The notes under the pieces are model-generated. The model saw only the letters and a list, made by a program, of their open reading frames with translations. It made no database searches and was not told the origin of the DNA. The position numbers and the translations under genes were made by a program. This document shows, piece after piece, positions 40,534 to 53,199 of a stretch of 64,000 nucleotides of DNA (position 1 is the stretch's first letter; every line of letters starts with the position of its first letter). Location of the stretch: contig RDEW01000020.1 of NCBI GenBank assembly GCA_011109175.1, positions 177,143 to 241,142 on the forward strand, in the 5' to 3' direction. The DNA comes from Dicyema japonicum (Eukaryota; Animalia; Dicyemida).

Positions 40534-40817
40534 GGCCGGGTGGCATAGTGGTTAGGTGTCGGGCTAAAGTGGCTTAGGTTACGGGTTCTATTCTCGCTGC
40601 TGTTCACCTGGTGGAAAATTCCACGCATCTACAATGCCAAAAGAATTTGACGAGTGACGCCGTCATCAGTGGATACTCACTGCGGAACTGAATTGTCTAG
40701 AAAGGACTCACACACAAGAAAAAAAAAGTGAAGATCATTCCTTGGTTCTACGATTAGTTAAAATTAACTATTCTTTACTTAAATAAAGTGTGTCCTGCCT
40801 ATGCGGAGCTATAGATA
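40534..40817 (+). mobile_element. tRNA-derived SINE (copy 1)
   Basis: A-box TGGCATAGTGG (40541-40551) and B-box GGTTCTATTCT (40584-40594); the body of about 230 bp is shared with 47912-48157. Confidence 0.8.
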
Positions 40818-40888
40818 TTATGGCTCTCGTGAAAAGGCTATTAAAGGCAGAACTCGCTCCACTAAGACACGACGCTCTTAGATATCAA

Positions 40889-41400
40889 TTACTGAGTCCA
40901 GGCAAGCAACCCTGTTAGTCTAGGGCAAGCAAAGACATCACCAACTACTCTCCCATTGAGAAAGTTCCACTCGAACGGCCCTCGGAAGAAGCAGTTCTGA
41001 AAGGCTAATCTCAGGAAATCTGCGTTCCAGTATCGTGTTCTCTTCGAGGGTTTGTATAGCGCGCGTAAACATAAAGCCATGAATACTGGTGGGGTTTACC
41101 TGAGTGTTCTTTGGAGATATCTGCGGTTAGTGGATTCACTAATGGGAAGGTTGGGTAGTATGGGTCAAACGTCTGTCTGAGATATTGTAAGATCATCATT
41201 TCAAGGCGACCACCAAGAGGCAGTGTAAGTGAGGATGATGATTTCAAACAGCCCGTTGTAGCTTTCAATGCTGAATTTTGGAACTGCTGCAATTATTTAG
41301 GAGGGAAATTGATACGCATGGGACCCATCCTGGGAGGCTTAGTTTAATGTCGTCTTAATGAATAGTTTGGACAATAACGTAACTAATTCACCAATGGGTT
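40889..41400 (-). mobile_element. Chimeric LINE fragments
   Basis: LQQFQNSALKATTGCLKSS (post-RT motif) abuts PSKRTRYWNADFLR, which also occurs at 28380-28460 on the plus strand. Confidence 0.55.
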
Positions 41401-41687
41401 ACATCCGTAATAAAATATTAGTAATTTTCATAAAACAATGTGGCTTCCATTCCTTTCTCGATCAGTTCTACAAGGTGGCTAAAAAGTCAACGTTACACTG
41501 CATAATTTTTTATCACTTAGTTAAGTAACTCCGGCCTCACTAACTTGTAGGAGACCAGCGACTATTAGCTGAACGCAGCAAATTGGGTCTCTCCATCATT
41601 TATAACTTATAAACGACATGATGGGGTTAGACCGTTTTTTTAAACTAAAGTAGGAAATAAGAAAATTATTATATCAAAAATTATAAA

Positions 41688-44439
41688 TCAAGAAAACAGC
41701 CTTGTAATCAAAAAATATTGTGCCGATGTAATAGAAATTGAAATCAGAAATATGCATTCTCTGTACAGACATCGGGGGATATAATCACGAATAAATGCAA
41801 CATCTTTTCTGAACATAAAAGTAAAAAATAATGTCCCCAAAATCTATTAAAATTAGAAAATTCATATTACATAAAAATCCATGATCACAATCGAGTGCAA
41901 ACACACTCTTTTAAGAATTCTTAAAGCATTTACCGACTTTAGGGAACTAAACGAAGCCAAACAAAGAGGAAAAGATAAAATCGTAAAAAAGTACGTAGAA
42001 AAAGTCTCCACAAAAACAATTAAACCTAAAATATCATAAACGAGGACCTTTCAAGTAAAAGAGACTGGGACCAAACAACCCATGGGAAGGCGACGTCCAC
42101 TTTATGGTGGTGAGCTGAGTTTGGTGGCCAGTCGAAACAAAAAAGATGGGAGAAATCATAAATAAAAACATAACAAATAAAAACTGAAGATATTCTAAAA
42201 TATGACATTTCCGCTACCATTTTTCGCAAATAAGCTTCCGTATAAAGAAATGTGGAGAAACAGACAGATCAGAAACAACGTCACTGGAATGTAATATCGA
42301 AGACCGGAGATCAAATAAATAAACGACAAGAAGGAATATAAAAAGGTCAAATAAGCAGAAGGAACGTTGAATTTTGTGAAAATGGCCCACAAGAACGACA
42401 GAAATGAGTAGAGGAAAATGAAATAGACAGATTGGGGGAGTGCGATCATAACTAGACTGCTGTTTGGCTCATAAAATGTCGACAAAATGGAGTATAAGAT
42501 CAAACAGAAGGAAGAAGTCGATACAAAATATCGGTTCCATCGGGAGACACGTGTTAGAAGCAAATACGTCAAAACAGTAAAGGTTAGTCCGGCACATAAA
42601 ATACTGAGTAAAAAAGCAAGACCAGAGATGCTGTGATCTTCAAAAAGTTCTTCGTTTAAACAGTAAAAGTCATCGAAGGGAGGAATCCGACATTTAGTGA
42701 AGATCAAAGACAATCCTGAAGTCGCATATATACCAAGAATCTTCAAGACCATTATCGTTGTGACACGTGTCTTCATATAATAAGCAGTAATTCCATATAG
42801 CATCACAAAAACCCACAATAAGTGGAAATTTTCTCTTATGAGTTCAAAATAGGAAAAAGAATGGCCAAAAATGGCGCCAAGAAGAACCATAAAGCACAAA
42901 GCCTGAGTCCGATCTTTCACAACCAGTGAAAGGTCGATGGAATATTTGATGAATCCCAGCAAGGACAAAATAATCAGTAAGGCAAGATTCGTGGGGTCAT
43001 CAGTAAACAAAAACGTGGCTTGAAGGAGGATAAGCAAAAACTGAAGGTTCCTCAGTCCCTTAATAATTAGGTGAGTGACCACAAGAGATGATAGGAAGAT
43101 TAACGACAAACCTTGGATGATCAATTCATAGCTGATTTGATTCGTTTCGCGAATAAATATTTCACGTGTTAGACTGAAGAAACTTAAAATAGTATTCTGG
43201 ACTCGTAATCCATTTTCTGGGGTCGAATCTGCCTCCCATTCCCCATACAGATCTTCAATCCTCCCGAAAAGATTGATCAGTTCTTCAGATTCTAAATTTT
43301 TATGAAGAGCCATGCGATTATAAATTTGGCGAGTGGTCTCCACCAGAAAGGAAACGTCCCCGATCTATTTTACACAAATATAAGTACTATCATGTCGCCC
43401 AAGGTTCCCGTTATGGTGGTGAGATCTATAACTGGAGATCCGAGGTTGCTGAAAGGGAGTGGAAGACCGAATAAATAGCTGAAAGTAGAAGCAAAACTAG
43501 TCTGGTATATAACCGAGAATCTCTATCTTTGAATCACAAAGTGAACTTGCTTATTTGGTAAGTCAGATATGACACGTGGGCTGTATATAAATAGTGTGGT
43601 GTTGCATTCTTCGTGGGAGTCGCCTCCGTGTTCTCCAGTAAGCCAGTTTCCGTGGTCCCCCATGACAAAAAGGATCGTTTCCATATCCATGACCTCAATA
43701 ATTTCTCTAAAATTCATAAAATAAAGAAACGTGACGTATTTGTTATATTCTTGTAGCTTTAACGCGGCTTTGGAGGACTTGACTCCATTGACATGACCGA
43801 TGTGATCTAATCCTAGGAAATGGCCAATCACAATATCCGTCATATTAAGCCGAACCTCTTTCATGACAAGTGAGAAGACCTTCTGGTCAAAATCCTCAGT
43901 GTCGGTGATATCAAAGGAATAGAAAGCTTCAAATTTGTCGAAAATGTTCTTCGGAATTAACTCGTCCAGGTATCGTCCCCAAAAAATGAAATTTTCGCTG
44001 AAGGATACACAGCTCTGAATTGGTGGAGTATATTATCCTCAGGCATAAGCTGGTTGGCAAAGTTACTCCCAACATCGACGAAGGATGGAATGGATCCGGA
44101 AAGTATTCCTCTGATCCTTACTGCGGTGGCTGTTGGTGGATCCGCCATAAACGAATAAAGACGGGAATTATATGGATTCGAAAGAGTAATTTGCTCAAAA
44201 ATAGGAATTTTGTTGACATGTGGCAAATCGCTGTCGTCCTGTATTGAGCTATCAAAACGCAGAGAATCGAGGACAAGTATTATTGCTTTTTTAAAAACTT
44301 TAGAAAAGTTTCTTCTATGGACTGTTAAATTCTCTGATTTGGCGTCAATTGAATCTTGCTGCAAAATTATTCCACTGGAGAACAGTATGACACCCAAAAT
44401 GGAAAATAATACCGATATTAATATAACTAATTTTTTCAT
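41688..44439 (-). CDS. PIGO: GPI ethanolamine phosphate transferase 3
   Basis: KKAIILVLDSLRFD, ADPPTATAVRIRGILSGSIPSFVDVGSNF, GDDTW, HFLGLDHIGH and GDHG...GEHGGDS, followed by a multi-TM C-terminal half. Confidence 0.92.
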
Positions 44440-45599
44440 TTTTTATTTTCATTAAATTAAATCTGCACTACATTGTATTAACGTTTTATATATTTAAAAA
44501 AAACTAATAGTTAAAATTAATTTTTAATTAAATTAAATATAAAAATTTAAAGTTTAATTGTAGCCTACCATGTGGCTTAGTGATTAGATCGTGGTGACGT
44601 TATGCGGTAAACATGTTGCGATGGTGCTAGTGTAAATTTTGCATGGAAAAGAATTGTTCGACATTTCTCGCCCCTCTATTGACTTCAGAAGTGGTCTCTC
44701 AATTTCCCTAATTTCTTTTTGTGCTTATGTCTATTAATGTCCTCCAACATAATCTAAGTCTAGGCTCTAAACTGATTATTCCACCATTGAATTTTAATGG
44801 AATTCATAAAAAAAGCCTTGAACTACCTTTTCTTTTAACCCACTAGAGTGTGGATCAAAACTTACTGGTACAGCACCTACCCTCTTTAGCGGATAATATT
44901 CCATGATATCATACGGTTCACCTGTTGTTGTGGTGGCGCTCAGTGCAAGTTCTGCATGGAAGAAAACCGTTCGACTTTCCCTATCCTTCTACGACCTTCA
45001 GAAGGGTGGCCTACCAATCCCATGGACTATTGTTGTGTACTCCATATTCTACTAAATTAAAGAACCGTTCGAAAGGGGACTTGCCTGGGTTTGGTACTTA
45101 TGTGGAAAATCGATTTTCTGAATTAACACTTGAATGCTCTATTGATTATGCGGTAAGGTGTTTTCAAAAACAACTATGGAAGCGGTAGAATATTTATTCC
45201 GCGTTCATCTTATGTGAAGATTTAACTCCAAACTGTCATTTAGCGCCTTTCGTTAACCAGGGAACGGGAATTATTAAAAAGAAAGCAAAGGCATGATGTA
45301 ATTGTTACTTCTTCCTAACACTCACTAAATACTAGAATCACCCAGTTAATTCTGGAAAACCACAAGCTCAGATGAAGTTTGGCTGGAAGCCTATGTCACA
45401 AGCGCTCGAGCGCTAATTATTGCCACAAAGAATAGATCTTTTAATTGGCTATGGTGGTGGTTCAGTCTACACCTCAACCATGATTGTTATTTGCCAATAT
45501 GTTTTTGTATTTATACTTAAATCTCACTTCACTCTGATTACTACGGACAGGAGACTTAAAGGTCGGTTCTGATACCCAATAAGCGATATCAGAAAATTC

Positions 45600-46600
45600 A
45601 TAGTCCACCTGACTCAGGAGGCCCTCATGGTGCAAAAAAAGATCATTTGCTCCCTTTTACTTATTGGATTATTCCTGAAGGGGTCGATATAAATGCAAGT
45701 GTCAGATGTTTCCCTTGTGATATTGGAAGGTCTCAACTTCAAACAAATAAATCGAGTGATACTTTTGCATATACTAGTTGTGTCAGGAGTGCGTCGCATC
45801 GGAAATATCGAAATCTCTCGATATACCTTGGCACATCGCGTTTAACTGACACTTCATATCACAGGCCTTTATTGTCTCCGAATTCGGTAAGAAAAAATAA
45901 TCCCCAAAAGACCTCCTTGGGTGAAAACCCTAAAGTTGGAGCCAAAGAAATTTCTAACCTCCACGTGTTTCGATAATTTTTAAAATCAAACACTCAATAA
46001 ATTTCACTATAGATAAAATCAGAATGATCGGCCCATAGCTCAGGGATATCTCTTGAATTTTTCATAGTTGGGGTTCACACGATCGATTCTTTTATAATCG
46101 AGGAACATGTCCAAGCTTGAGACACGCATTATGCAGATTACTCAGACAACACATAAGGAATCTGATCTCTCCTTGAACAATTGTGCAATCGCATCTGGGA
46201 CATTGGACTTGCATTCCTTAATGATCGTTTCCACTTCCATCAAAGTGACAACCCCATTTTCTATAAGTAGTTCATCCAGGAAATATCTAATAAAATCAAA
46301 ATCTCAAGTTTCTTCGATGAGATTTTTCAGATCCACACTAAATTCTTTGTAAATGGTCCTTGAATATCGAGGGTACCTCTCCAGTATTAATATTTCACCA
46401 TCTAACCATTTCAAGACTATTACTTCCGAATATATTTTCGTTCTGTTTCATCTTTAAACTCTTTATCAATGTACTCTTTGGTCTCCCTGATTCTGACGGA
46501 CAGGTTTTCCAGGACGATTCGTTCAAGGTCGTCTCAACTTGGATTTAGTGTAAGATATCACTCTCATGTGTAGAAAATGATGAATTGAAAAATTTAGATG
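45600..46600 (-). mobile_element. Decayed LINE RT fragment
   Basis: VTLMEVETIIKECK, LHNACLKLGHVP..KESIV and YGPIILI..IVKFIE resemble RT domains 0-2. Confidence 0.55.
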
Positions 46601-47508
46601 ACCACGGTAATACCAGACTAACTAATTACGTCATCCCAGCTCGCTCTAACAGAGACCTCAACTGATGTTCCTCCCTCGAGACCACACAAGCCCGTATCGG
46701 CCATATAACTGGATCCTGGTAGTTGCAATGGAACGTTCATCGGTTCTAACGATTCAAGAGGGATTAGAGAAACTGCTTAGAACCTTCCAACGTCAACACT
46801 CCGAATCTATAAAATTCAGAAAGAAGCTTCTGACGTCGTACCTCCATGCAGGTTGTATTGCAGTCAATACAGACCTTCTTCGAGTTCAAATCCCATTGAT
46901 TTTGAATTTGAGGGTACGAACTCTGCAATCTTGGAATTAGATAAAATAGAGGTTTCAATACTAATCCACGCTTCCATCACAGCCAACTTTAATAGACTCC
47001 GGTTCACAGTACGTCGAAGATATGGGGGTTTTATCAAGATGGTGTCGATATAGAATGGTTGCCCCAATCAGATCTCTCTTTTTCTATACGAGATTATAAC
47101 CCAAGAGACAGTGTATTTGGTGCTTCCCCGTTCCGAAACTTTGCATATCTACTATCTCCCGAGTCATCACTTCGCATTTAAAAGAGAAATGAAACGAGGG
47201 GATGAAGATATATAGCGCAATGGTTGTTAGTCATCACCTCACCCATCAAGTCGGCTAAGCACCTGGTACCTGGTCAGCCGGTTAAATTAAATTTATCGAA
47301 CCAGAAAATGACCGTTATAGACAGAATGAAAAAAATCAGATGATCCAGACCCCTTCAGCAGTCTTCTAATCTTTTCCTGGTGTTCAGACTGTGTTTTGGC
47401 ACATTTTCGGTTTAAAAAATATACCAATCAAAAAAGTTGATAAAATTACTAAAAATAATTTTAAATATCAAAATAATTTAAAAAATTTAAATTATTACAT
47501 AAATCTAA

Positions 47509-47763
47509 ATGAATGATGTCGCTGATTCACGTGGGTTTTTAACTAATTTGTTAGGAAAGAAGAAAAAATGTCAAGAAGTAGTTTTAAAAAACGGAGAAAA
47601 ACTGAGTTTGTGTTGTGCTTGTCCAGAAACTAAAGAACTTCGAGACAAATGGTATTAGTAAAATTATCATTTTCTAAGTGTTGTCAAATATGGTCAAGAG
47701 AACTGCACTAATTTAATTGAAGACCACAAACGATGTCTTCGTGATTTAGGATTCAACATATAA
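47509..47763 (+). CDS. COX17: Cytochrome c oxidase copper chaperone
   Basis: CCACPETKELRDKC|VVKYGQENCTNLIEDHKRCLRDLGFNI* across a 27-nt intron; twin CX9C motif. Confidence 0.95.
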
Positions 47764-47911
47764 TTGAGTTTTCAATTTATTAATGAGTAAATTTCTTTGA
47801 AATTCCACTACCGTTACATTTTTTAAATTTTATTTTTCTTAATGCTTACGTGAATGAAAACAAGGGCATGGTTCGAATCTACTAACCATGTATGCTAACG
47901 GGAATGAAAGC

Positions 47912-48157
47912 AGGGGCTTGGCTCGAATCTCGCTGCTGTAAATTTCGGCTGAAGGTTCCATGCTTCTACGATACTTTGGTTTTACGAGTGATGCGCCATT
48001 CAGCGAGCATTTCACTGCAGAACCGGATCGTTTATAAAAGACTCACACACAACAAAAAATAAGTGGAGAGCATTCCTTGATTCTCCTTCTACGATTAGTT
48101 ACGATAATTGTTCTTTACTTAAATAAAATGTGTGTCTGTCTGGACGGAGATATAGGT
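47912..48157 (+). mobile_element. tRNA-derived SINE (copy 2), with a duplicated B-box segment just upstream
   Basis: GGCTCGAATCTCGCTGCTGT...GACTCACACACAA...TTCTACGATTAGTTA...TTCTTTACTTAAATAAA aligns with 40584-40817. Confidence 0.78.
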
Positions 48158-48762
48158 AATGTGGTTCAGCATAAAGACGCATCACTACCAATGCTCTATC
48201 TCTGCAGCATTACTACCATCTACATCAAAATTTCGACCTCTTCTAATATGTTGAATAGCAGATGTGGTTTTTTACCCATAATTGATCTTCAAAATAACTT
48301 TCATTTTTCGGGCACTTCTAACTTGGAGACTTTCTCTTGTGTTCTCTAACCTACCTTGATATCATAAGAATTATTTTTTACCCCAGACAGAGAGTTACTG
48401 TGGGATATTAGATTCTTGAACGCCACGTGCAGCAGTATATAAACATGTTTTGAGTTTTTATAAATACATTGATTTTTCTGACTATTTTTAAATTTATTGG
48501 TAGGCTTCTTGTTTTAAAATAAAACACATTTTAACGTAAAAAATAAAAATTCATCCAGACTTTCTCCACCAAGTAAAAGATCATATGGTACTGTGAATCT
48601 ACTAACTATGTATGCTCACTGAGAGAGAACAAAGGTTTCATCAATCATTGAGCAAAGTCGACATTCGGCATTTCAGCCTTCCGACCAATTAACCATTTTA
48701 CTATCTCTGTAAGCTCAGTAATTCAGCATTGAGAGCTATAAACGGGCTGTTTCAGTTATTCT

Positions 48763-50396
48763 TTATTTAAAATAAATATTCACTATATTTTTTTGTAATT
48801 TTTTTATAATAAGTTCCAACTGAGCAAAAGCTCTCATAAAGTCTTCACTTTCCATTCCTTGTCTTTCATATTGATGCACGAAAGCTCTGTAGGCGAACAT
48901 CTGCCAAGCTTTATCTACAGTCCAGTCTATCACTGGGAGAAGAGATTGTCCGTTTGTTAGAACACTGGCGAATTTTTCATTTCCGGCAAAACTTCTCCCA
49001 TTACCCCAAATCGTCAGAGAATCACCAAATGCTCCAAATCGATTCCCATGTGGCGATTTTAAACTTTTCGTGTTAAACCGGTGGATGTCATTTCCGCGGA
49101 GAAACAACATTGAGCACAGTGCACGTGACGAGCCGGAAGACTTGGACCAGTCAATGTCTAAATTTAAAAGTTAAAAAACCTTGATCAACGTGGGAGTTCG
49201 AAAACAGCATTTGGCGGAGATAACGCACGAGGCCATCCCATTGGTGAAATTCAAATGCTCTCGAGGAGTAACTAGAATGAGGGACACTTCGAATATTCAG
49301 TAATTTAAGGTCAGGGTCTGGAGTCATTAATTCGAGTATTTTATCTTTAAATTAAAAAACGGGGGACTGAGGGAATGATTCAGTTTTGTTGGCCCCTTTT
49401 CAATGTCGATGTATCCGGCTGGTAAAATAACGGAGGCAAACTGTCTGGAGACGACGTTGTTGATCATTTGAAAGCCCATTGAGCTTTTGCTAGGGACTTT
49501 GTATTGACCAGCATAACGCGAGCAAAGTTTCCAGACTCCGTCGTTTTCCACCACAATGAGAGCATCCGATGATTGGTAAAGGGAGTTCAGTGTAAGCAAC
49601 GTATTGTACGACTGAACACTTACTTCCCCACTGCTGAACGGCCAGACAATCTAATTTGACTTAAACTTGTCATTTACTTGGTTTATTATCGTGTCATGTC
49701 TGTATTCCTCTCTAACCATCCGAGTCACGAGAGAGCCGAGCCCAGACCCTGTCCCACCGGCCACACTCATATTCACTAAAAAACCTTCAATTCTGTCAAA
49801 CTGTTCAGCTTTCTTTCGAATCATGTCCATTATCTATGAATAAACAGAAAATTAGAATAAAAATTAAATTAACTTTGAAGACGCAAAAATGACGTTTTAG
49901 TGCGATAATCGAAATTATCGCCGAATAAACAAGCACGTGCGCAGTAAATAATTCGCATTGAGTATTATAGAAAGTCGAGAAAATTCTGACTTTCTCGGTA
50001 AAATGTATTTTAAAAATGAACTTTTAAGGAATGTTCTCTGCCATAACCGTAAAATCCGTTAGCCCAGTTATTCCCACAGCCAAAGTCGCCGTAAAAACAG
50101 GACGAGTCTGAATATCCCCAAATTCTATTTTTGTTAGTAGTAATCTCGTTGATGACCTTTTTAGTCAAAATATTCACTACTTTTCTTTCCATGTCAATTT
50201 GGACCGAATTCGCAATGAGCTTCTTCCCATCGCGAGACTCGGTAAAAAACTGAGAACAGACTTTTGTAGCGTATTTGAGATTATCTTGCTTACTACAGCC
50301 AGATTTCTTCTCATTGAGATCATCAATTATAGTAGAAAAAAAGGAATCGCCAATTTGGTTCCCACATTGTCCAATTTGCAACGATATAATGCTCAT
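48763..50396 (-). CDS. TUBD1: Delta tubulin
   Basis: MSIISLQIGQCGNQIG, IDMERKVV, GCGNNWANGF, SVAGGTGSGLGS, VWPFSSGEVSVQSYNTLLTL, KAWQMFAYRAFVHQYERQG. Confidence 0.93.
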
Positions 50397-50486
50397 TTCA
50401 ATTTCGTTCAGTCACAAATTCGTTGCTTAGTAACATTTTGTTGATAAATTTTAAATATATTTTTATTTAAATAATCAATAATAAAA

Positions 50487-50790
50487 TTGTCTCAAATTGG
50501 CCAAAAATTGTTCCTGAACTATTTTGGGCCTGGACCAGATCTAGTCATGTTACAAATTAACATCAATGGTATTCGAACAAAAATTGCCGAACTACAACGC
50601 TTTCTCATAAAACACTCAGTGGATATAGCTCTTTTTCATAAGATGGAACTTAACCCACAGCGACCAACCCTCCAACTTTCCGGATACTCCGTTTTCAGAC
50701 GAGACAGAGGTCACGGAAAGGGAGGAGGCCTTATTAATTTAATCAGGAAGCATATAATGGCCAGTGTGAGAAAGTTTCCTCTCTAATCAG
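50487..50790 (+). mobile_element. LINE APE endonuclease N-terminal fragment
   Basis: LQININGIRTKIAELQRFL...DIAL; GYSVFRRDR..GKGGG. Confidence 0.8.
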
Positions 50791-51004
50791 CTTGGAAGAT
50801 AGCTAATTGTTGCCTGACCAATTATTTTATTTACCCCCATTCCGTTCAAGTCAAAAAAACGATAGCTAACGACGGAGGAGATTGAAGAGAAGAGGTCTTG
50901 TGGTCATCGAGAAATAGAAGACCACAGTGGTAGACAATAAATTTGAACGGTTATTAATTGAGACTTTAAATAATAAAATTTAAATTTAAAAATAAAATTT
51001 TTCT

Positions 51005-51515
51005 ATGACCGAGAATGTTTCTAGTGTGATTAGCATTAAACTTAATGGTATACATTTACATAAATTTTTAGAAAATGGAACTGAATCAGCAACTGTTTCT
51101 CAGTCTCAAAAAGAAGTAATGTCCACGCAGATAAATGATTTAAACTGGGATTACGAAGTATTGATATTTTTCATGTTTAGGTAAAAAATATTGCGAAAGC
51201 AGGAAATGCCATAATTTCATGTTCCCTCTGTCAACTCCCACTCCTCTTTTTGGCCAGATTTGTTAGTTTTTTTACTTATATTAGCCCTGTAGACACACAT
51301 TTTGTATTACTTGTGCCAAAAGGGCTGTGAATTCAAAAGGATCTTGTCCAAAGTAGTCGAATATAAATTTGGTAGATGTCGTAAAGGTTCGAATATAAGT
51401 TTTCCCTCTGAAATCTCTCTTTGTGTGCACTTTTACTTGTTCTGACTGTCTTCCTTGCTGTATGTCTTACCTCTCTCATCGTGATCTGCAGGCTCATTCT
51501 GCTCTTCGACATTGA
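51005..51515 (+). CDS. CBLL1: Minimal Hakai E3 ligase (RING plus HYB zinc finger), 4 micro-introns
   Basis: LNWD; CSLCQLPL..ARF|PCRHTFCITCA...CPKC; C-terminal SYLSHRDLQAHSALRH* matches Hakai YLSQRDLQAHINHRH. One extra T near 51431. Confidence 0.85.
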
Positions 51516-53199
51516 TTTTTTTGTATAATACTACAAATTTGTCTATTTTCATTTTAACCCACGTGCTTAGAGACTTTATGTGTGTCATCAAGACTTTAAT
51601 GTTTGTAAGAGCTTAAAAGAAGAATCAATTTTGAGGGACGACTGCAGCTTTTGACTGTCCTTGCTTCCAGTCTTTGCGTTTGCTGAAAAATTGGACGCCT
51701 ACGGGTGAGCTTAGAACGAGTTGATCTTCCAGGCCTCAATATCGAAGGGTTCAGTTTGTGAGTGCCCTTCATTCTTGGTTAAAAAATCTTCTGGAACTCG
51801 CATCAAGGCAGAGTGATCCAGAGGATATTGTACGGAAAGCTGAAGTCGATGACAGCACTCGTCGTCATGGAACGAATGGTCTCCCGGTGGAATGAAGAGA
51901 TGGATCCTTTTGAATGTCGCACATGCATTTCGCGTCTCCTGAGTAAGGTGGATCCGATGACGCAAGGAAGGAAGAGAAGTTTCAGTCAAGTAGCCGCATG
52001 CCACCACGTGGCGAACAGTGCATGTTGTTACTAACACTTTTTGTGGCTTCTTAGACAGATCACCAGTTTGACAGATCTAGTTCCTACAGTCGGGGTGAGA
52101 CGTCGATCAATATCAGTCATTGTAAAAACCTTTCCAGTAGAGTACGAAAGAGAGATCCTTTTTGGTTGTCAGCTCTGAGCATCTGGTGAGATAAATGGAT
52201 CACATTCACTTTATGTTCCTTTAGTCTTTCATTGAATATAAGTAGAACATTCTAGATCAGCGATAAAGACGTTTGTGTAAAACAGTCATAAAATCTTAGC
52301 CGTGTGTCGTTTATTGTTCAGGTAATTGGCAAATTAGTTTCTAAGTTCCCGCATTTTATATTTATAGCAGATCCGACACGTGCCACATCGGATCAACTGT
52401 CCGACCATAAGTTTTTCTATAATTTACATCTAAAAACATTTAAATTGACGATAAAATACGTGGGATAATCGTACGAAGATGATCGGGTAAATCTGTCTAA
52501 ATGGGATACGAGGAATATGCTGCTAGCAGCGGAGTTCGCTTCGTTCACATTCTGATAATGAACAAATAAGGTATATTGGACAAATAAATGTAAAGGAAGT
52601 GTGATTCTGTTTTTTAGTCTCCCGTTGTTTTCAGGAGCATTTATTTCTTTCCTTTATTTTTTCAAATTCAAAGTTATTGAATCTTTTATAGATCTTCTCA
52701 AAAAACCTTCAGATGTTTGACTTCCTCATGAGATCCTTGAAAAAAAGCTTTAAGATTATCCTAGAAATTACCGTATCGTGTTCTTACTGATTTTGAGTAT
52801 TAAGCGATTATTACTTTCATATTATGATTTTAGGTGTGTGCACCGTAGGTGAGTAAAGGCAACGTCATGAGGTAGAACACTTTGGGCTAAGCATCTCGGC
52901 TAATATAAAATCTGGTATGAGTAACGAAACGCTACACATTCCGCCTCTTAATAATGGCTGTGTTCATCAAGAAACTACACATGGTGTTAAGCATAACCCC
53001 AAAGTAGCTCTTCCCTCGTGACCCTTACTGTACTCTGATTTGATCCCTAAAATTTTATATGACCGGCACATTAATGGACAGGTTGCATAAATTGCGAAAT
53101 AAATTATAAAAATAAATATTATCCCATTGTAAAGATATATTTTTATATAAATTTTATTATAATCTTATATTTTTAATTATTTTTAATTACACGTGTCCA

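Noticed and set aside
40534-40610. Possible functional tRNA gene
   Set aside because: The acceptor and T stems do not pair properly, and the sequence continues into a body shared with a second locus, so it is a SINE head.
44570-44640. A-box-like TGGCTTAGTGA upstream of PIGO
   Set aside because: No B-box or cloverleaf follows.
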